The notes under the pieces: generated by a model | Database searches by the model: none | What the model was told of the DNA's origin: nothing | Seen by the model: only the letters and a program-made list of their open reading frames with translations | NCBI GenBank assembly: GCA_963798915.1 | Contig: CAWCVB010000001.1 | Location: 96,001-160,000, forward strand | Direction: 5' to 3' | DNA length: 64,000 nt | Source: an uncultured Gemmatimonadales bacterium | GTDB lineage: Bacteria; Gemmatimonadota; Gemmatimonadetes; Gemmatimonadales; GWC2-71-9 | Program-made: the position numbers and the translations under genes | Shown: positions 59,681 to 64,000 of the stretch, one piece after another | How positions within the stretch are numbered: position 1 is the stretch's first letter | How the letters are laid out: each line of letters opens with the position of its first letter

Positions 59681-60742
59681 AAACCTCTCCAGCACCCGAA
59701 ACCCGTCCTCATCCTCGCCCACCGTATAGACCCACTTCGCAGTCACCGCCACGACTTGGCGATCACCCGGCACGACGACGGTCCGGGTTGACGGGCCCGA
59801 CAGGGGGAACAGCTCGAAACGCGAGACACTATCCCCCGCCTCGGTGCTGAGCTTCGCCCAGACTTCGCCGTCAGGTGCCGCCACGGCACCGTTCTGGAAC
59901 GGCCCCTTCGTGTCCGCCATCGGTCTGTAGATCGTGTCGCCCGGCGCTATGAATCGGCCGGTCAGCATCTGACGATCAGCCTCCGTTGCCTTGATCGGCA
60001 TCCACGCCCTCGGCGCGCCGGAAGTCCATGCACCTTCGGGGCTCCGCCGGTCCACCCGGTTCTGCTGGCCACGCAGGATCCAGATCGAGCCGTCCGGCAG
60101 CACGCCCCACTGATCCTGACTCTCGTACAACCGCCGCATCCGGCTCATGCCACCACCCTTGAGCCGAAGCACTTCCCAGCCGATGTCGTGGAGGCGCGCT
60201 ACCGTGTCCCGTCCGCTCTCGGGCGGATGCATCCGGTAAATCCACGTGGAGTCCTTGGGGCTGGTAGAATCAATCTCCTGACCCACCATCGTGAAGCCGG
60301 CGCTGGGCAGCTGTTCAGCGTAGAGATTGCCGAGCGTGTCCACGCGAAGTTCGAAGGAAACGATGTCGAGGATCGAGACCGCGGTGTCGAGAGTGCCGTC
60401 GGGATTCCAGAAGGTGATCCGGTGCTGCATGGGGTCGAGGACGCCGGGGTGGCCATGCCGCACCAGGCCAAGTGTCGGATTCCGATATTCGCCCGGCCCG
60501 TCCCCGTTGCGGCCGAGGGAATCCACCGTGCCGTCGTCAAGGTTGGCGAGGAGCACCGGGCCATCGTATTGAGGAATGACGATCCGGCCATCGGGCAGTT
60601 CGGCGATGGCACCGAAGTACCCAAGCTGGCCCAGCGTGGCGGAGGGCGAGCCGAGGCGGAGCACGTTCGCAGCGCCGGGAACATCCCTGGAGGCGCAACC
60701 AGCAACCAGTGCAAGCAGAGTCAGCATCCGAGCTTTCAGCAT
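59660..60742 (-). CDS. 6-bladed beta-propeller lipoprotein (copy 6)
   Basis: Lipobox VAGC, GRNGDGPGEYRNP, C-terminal DEDGFRVLERF. Confidence 0.85.
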   Translation of the reverse strand: MLKARMLTLLALVAGCASRDVPGAANVLRLGSPSATLGQLGYFGAIAELPDGRIVIPQYDGPVLLANLDDGTVDSLGRNGDGPGEYRNPTLGLVRHGHPGVLDPMQHRITFWNPDGTLDTAVSILDIVSFELRVDTLGNLYAEQLPSAGFTMVGQEIDSTSPKDSTWIYRMHPPESGRDTVARLHDIGWEVLRLKGGGMSRMRRLYESQDQWGVLPDGSIWILRGQQNRVDRRSPEGAWTSGAPRAWMPIKATEADRQMLTGRFIAPGDTIYRPMADTKGPFQNGAVAAPDGEVWAKLSTEAGDSVSRFELFPLSGPSTRTVVVPGDRQVVAVTAKWVYTVGEDEDGFRVLERFARRLGG

Positions 60743-60761
60743 TGCCTGCTCCCATATCAGT

Positions 60762-60935
60762 GGAATCAACCGCAGAGACGCAGAGAGCGCGGAGACTATT
60801 GCGATGGGATCGCGCATCGGATTCACCGCGTAAACCACAAAGACTCGTCGATGCCTGCAATGCGGCTCTCATCCGCGTACGAGCCCTTTGCGTTCCCTCC
60901 GCGCCCTCTGCGTCTCTGCGTTGAACTGCCTCGAA
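60762..60935. repeat. AACCGCAGAGACGCAGAG-type inverted repeat element between propeller genes
   Basis: ggaatcaaccgcagagacgcagagagcgcggag ... ctccgcgccctctgcgtctctgcgttgaactgcctcga. Homologous to 62100-62205 and 63470-63502. Confidence 0.8.
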
Positions 60936-60949
60936 ACCACGGCCCGCGT

Positions 60950-62065
60950 TTACTGTACCACCTCGTACACCACAATCTTCTGCAGCCCTTCCTCATCCGC
61001 CTGCACCTCGTACAGCCGCCCATTGCGGATTACATATGGCACGTCAAGATCCCGATCGGGTGCTGGCATGGCGGCGATCTGCCGGCCAGCGGTGTCGTAC
61101 ACCGCAAGCATCATGGTGCCGTGCTGCATGCCTTCCACCCATGCTCTGCCGTGATCGTCAAATTCGACGGCGTTGAGCAACCAGACGGTCTCGGGCTTCC
61201 GGAGGCTCCCAGCATCGCAGTCCGCTCCCGCCCAATCCTTACGCCACTTCTGGTAATCGGCGAGATCCTGCGCCCACATCGAATCGGTCAGGGGAATCGG
61301 CGCCTGATCATAGGTGATGACGTGCACCGTCTGGCTATCGTCGCGCGTGAAGGTCAGCCGATACTGATCGGTGCGCCAGGTGACCAGATCACCATCAGGA
61401 GAGACCGCGGTCCGAAACTGAGGCGCATATCGGCTTGACTCAAACCCGATGCCTCGATCGCTCCGGCAGGTCAAGGTGAACGACTGGCCGATGTCATTCT
61501 CCGGTATGATGATGGTATCAGGGGCGACGCCGAGGCCAGCACGGATGAGGGACGCGTGGATGCGATCATCGCCCGTCACCTTCTGGTACGATGGCCGGAA
61601 GAACGCACTGGGCCCCGATTGATGGAGCCGGATATCGCCGCCGCTGATTCGCAGACTTGGCTCCGAGGCAACCCAGTTGCCCATACGGTCCACGAATTCC
61701 ACTCGCCCATTCTCGGGGTCATACACCGCCAGCGTATCACCAGCCCACGCCAGCGAGTAGCGATTGTTGAACTCGCCCGGTCCCGACCCCGCGCGTCCGA
61801 GTACCCGAAGCGGCTGACCTGCTGCATCGAAGACGTGGATTCCGCCCGCTCCATAGCCAGCGACGTAGACATTCCCATCACGATCGGCGGCGATGGACCG
61901 GACGGCCGCCGTCATCCCAGCCGCCTCGGGATCGATCATCGCCACGCGCCGGAGATTCCAGTGCGCCACGTCCGGATTACTGGCGCTACGGCTCGCCTCG
62001 CCATTGCAGCCCGCAGCAAGCGAGATCAGGATTGCCGTGCCGAACTTCCACCAACTCAAAGTCAT
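60950..62065 (-). CDS. 6-bladed beta-propeller lipoprotein (copy 7)
   Basis: AGGAG RBS, lipobox AAGC, GRAGSGPGEF, DEEGLQKIVVYEV. Confidence 0.85.
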   Translation of the reverse strand: MTLSWWKFGTAILISLAAGCNGEASRSASNPDVAHWNLRRVAMIDPEAAGMTAAVRSIAADRDGNVYVAGYGAGGIHVFDAAGQPLRVLGRAGSGPGEFNNRYSLAWAGDTLAVYDPENGRVEFVDRMGNWVASEPSLRISGGDIRLHQSGPSAFFRPSYQKVTGDDRIHASLIRAGLGVAPDTIIIPENDIGQSFTLTCRSDRGIGFESSRYAPQFRTAVSPDGDLVTWRTDQYRLTFTRDDSQTVHVITYDQAPIPLTDSMWAQDLADYQKWRKDWAGADCDAGSLRKPETVWLLNAVEFDDHGRAWVEGMQHGTMMLAVYDTAGRQIAAMPAPDRDLDVPYVIRNGRLYEVQADEEGLQKIVVYEVVQ

Positions 62066-62099
62066 GCCCGCTACTCCTGTCAGGCGTTCCGTGCGCCTC

Positions 62100-62265
62100 G
62101 GAATCAACCGCGGAGGCGCAGAGAGCGCTGAGTATCCCGCGCTTCCACACGGAGCCCTCTGCGTTTCCTCCGCGTCCTTTGCGTCTCTGCGTTGAAGTGC
62201 CTCGACGCCATGGCTTGAATTGAAGTGCCTCGACGCCATGCCTTGCGCTGCAGTGCCTCGATGCC
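62100..62265. repeat. AACCGC.GAG-type inverted repeat element plus duplicated TGAAGTGCCTCGACGCCATG
   Basis: Direct comparison with 60762-60935. Confidence 0.8.
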
Positions 62266-62270
62266 CGGCG

Positions 62271-63449
62271 CTATTTCTTCACCAGCCGATACACCACGAA
62301 CGACGCGAGGCCGTCGCTGTCCGCCTCCCGGACCAGCACACGATCAGTACCCCGCCAGAGCACGTGCGCCGAGGAAGGCCATGGCGCGCGCACCGTCCCC
62401 TGCCAGATGCCTTCAGGCCTGAACACATCGTAGAATGATGCGGACGTGTCGGCGGATGCGGTCCGCACCCAGATACGGCCCGTGGCATCCAGATCCAGCG
62501 CCTGCATCGGCGGGCGCTCGGTGGGCATGTCATAGAGGTGGAAGTTGGCCTGGATCACGTCCGCCGGCAGGAATCGCGAGATCACCTCGGTGAGCTTGCC
62601 GAACCGCGCCGTGCGTTCTGATTCCGGTACCTTGATCGGCGCCCATGACCGGGTGAAAACCCGGGTCGTATCCGTGCCGTTGGTTTGGAGCGCAAGCGCA
62701 TAAATCGCCGACCATCCGCGCAGCAGCGCGCCCGATCCGGTGACTGTCACGAGATCCGCGGGGCCGCCGGGGATGCCGTAGGTCGCCCGACCGTTCGGTC
62801 GCTCCACCACCCACACTGCTGGCGCATGGCTTTGCTGCAACCAGAGGGTGTCAAGCAGAGTGCCCGTCGTGTCGTAGCGGAGCAGGGTCACCGCATGCTG
62901 GGGAGTCTCTGGTGCGGAAATGCGAAGGTAGAGCCGCGACTTGTCGTCCACTGAGATCGCGCCGGGCCCGTAGAAGCTCCCGTCGGTGACAAAACTGCTG
63001 ATGAACGAGCCGGCAGTATCGAAGATGCTGAGCCGCCTGAGCCGCGGGTCCTGCACATAGAGCCGGGCGCCACGGATCGCCAGAAGCGGCGAGCGATATT
63101 CGCCCGGCCCCGCGCCGTCGCGCCCGATGGTGCGTAGGTATGTGCCGGCGGAATCGAACACCTTGATGCGGGTGGGACTGTCATCCACGACGTAGGCGCG
63201 CCCGGCAGCATCCATCACCGCCGAGAAGACGGGATTGACCAATACCGTGGCGCCACTGTCGCCGGTCGGGAGGCGAGTCAGCTCTTCGAAGCGCCAGCCA
63301 CTGGAATCGGTCCAGCCGGAGGGCGTTAGGTTGTGGACGGCGACGATGCCGCCGGGGAGGGTATCAATGAGACTGGTCGCGAGACGCGAGTCGCGGGTGG
63401 TGCAGCCGGCGAGCAACGCCAGCAGGGCCAGCTTCGTCAGGCGCGGCAC
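62271..63449 (-). CDS. 6-bladed beta-propeller lipoprotein (copy 8)
   Basis: GGAG RBS + GTG start, lipobox LAGC, DTLPGG, GRDGAGPGEYRSP, DATGRIWV, YDVF.PEG. Confidence 0.87.
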   Translation of the reverse strand: MPRLTKLALLALLAGCTTRDSRLATSLIDTLPGGIVAVHNLTPSGWTDSSGWRFEELTRLPTGDSGATVLVNPVFSAVMDAAGRAYVVDDSPTRIKVFDSAGTYLRTIGRDGAGPGEYRSPLLAIRGARLYVQDPRLRRLSIFDTAGSFISSFVTDGSFYGPGAISVDDKSRLYLRISAPETPQHAVTLLRYDTTGTLLDTLWLQQSHAPAVWVVERPNGRATYGIPGGPADLVTVTGSGALLRGWSAIYALALQTNGTDTTRVFTRSWAPIKVPESERTARFGKLTEVISRFLPADVIQANFHLYDMPTERPPMQALDLDATGRIWVRTASADTSASFYDVFRPEGIWQGTVRAPWPSSAHVLWRGTDRVLVREADSDGLASFVVYRLVKK

Positions 63450-63518
63450 GTCTGAACTCCCGGGATCATGGAATCGACCGCGGAGACGCAGAGGGCGCGG
63501 AGGCGGCAAGCACGCTCA

Positions 63519-64000
63519 TCAATCCTGCTCGCCCTGCCCGCCTTGCCCGTCCTGCCCGTCCTGTATCACCCATCGCCGTACCTCCGGAAATCCAGTCTCG
63601 TCGGTGGTCGAGAGGTACAGGGTGCCGCCGCTGACAAGCAGCGGATCATATGGCGAGAGCTCGGCCGGCAGGTCCACGGCGCCCAGGTAGCGACCGGCCG
63701 GGCCGAACACGGCGAAGGTCGTATGACCGCCCTGGCTCAGACCCTGGGCCCAGGTGTTCCCGGCATCGTCAGTCATCAGCCGCAAGAAGCTCGGCTCGGT
63801 GGTCGGAACGTCGGCCATGTGAAAGGCATTCCGCAACGTGACCTCGTCGGCCTGGCCACCCTTGATCCGCTCGATCATCTGCTCCACGCGGGCGGTCCGG
63901 ACGCTGTCCGGAAGGGCACCTGGTGTCCAGGTCCGCCGCATGATCAACGTGGTATCATGCCCGGCGCCGGAGCGCATGATGGCGAACTCGGTGCTGGCAC
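63519..64000 (-). CDS. C-terminal part of a further 6-bladed beta-propeller protein (copy 9, partial)
   Basis: DDAGNTWA...VFGPAGRYLG.V.LP...DETGFPEVRRW matches the C-termini of copies 5-8. Frame is open to the window end. Confidence 0.8.
   Translation of the reverse strand, partial: ASTEFAIMRSGAGHDTTLIMRRTWTPGALPDSVRTARVEQMIERIKGGQADEVTLRNAFHMADVPTTEPSFLRLMTDDAGNTWAQGLSQGGHTTFAVFGPAGRYLGAVDLPAELSPYDPLLVSGGTLYLSTTDETGFPEVRRWVIQDGQDGQGGQGEQD

Noticed and set aside
60762..62200. Integron attC sites
   Set aside because: Only a partial RYYYAAC/GTTRRRY fit, one element is ~160 bp, the internal 9-mer periodicity matches a dispersed repeat family, and no intI is seen.

Overview
GC-rich bacterial chromosome segment. 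Gene content and style suggest Gemmatimonadota (inference, not verified). From left to right: (1) a minus-strand run of gyrA, a Ser/Thr dehydratase, a REC-GAF-GGDEF diguanylate cyclase and a Zn-ribbon Ser/Thr kinase. (2) A decayed island (~6.3-13.95 kb) with a GxxExxY remnant, a MenAT1-like nucleotidyltransferase toxin-antitoxin pair, an XRE fragment and a multiply frameshifted RHS/YD gene that lacks a toxin tip. (3) MscS, a nucleoside-type MFS permease and a Gfo/Idh/MocA gene. (4) A cassette of 7 x 123-bp palindromic repeats plus a small GIY-YIG nuclease. (5) A choice-of-anchor-B/YncE/FG-GAP operon. (6) A glycoside-3-dehydrogenase-like cluster (two GMC + small-subunit pairs, two TIM-barrel proteins, Gfo/Idh/MocA). 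(7) A beta-helix protein, CutC, an active/inactive M14 peptidase pair and a coiled-coil lipoprotein. (8) A two-permease RND system and AraC-like regulator next to a lower-GC cassette with a CxxC thioredoxin-like gene and an 8-Cys secreted peptide. These lie within an array of at least nine 6-bladed beta-propeller genes (eight complete, all lipoproteins) that is interrupted by three mosaic Uma2 nuclease copies. Intergenic DNA is densely filled with nested 7/8/9-mer tandem repeats and REP-like palindromes. The best candidates for undescribed systems are the Cys-rich peptide/propeller/RND locus and the small-nuclease/cognate-repeat cassettes. No rRNA, tRNA, CRISPR array, transposase or integrase was recognised. 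Family assignments come from motif recognition by eye, not database searches.
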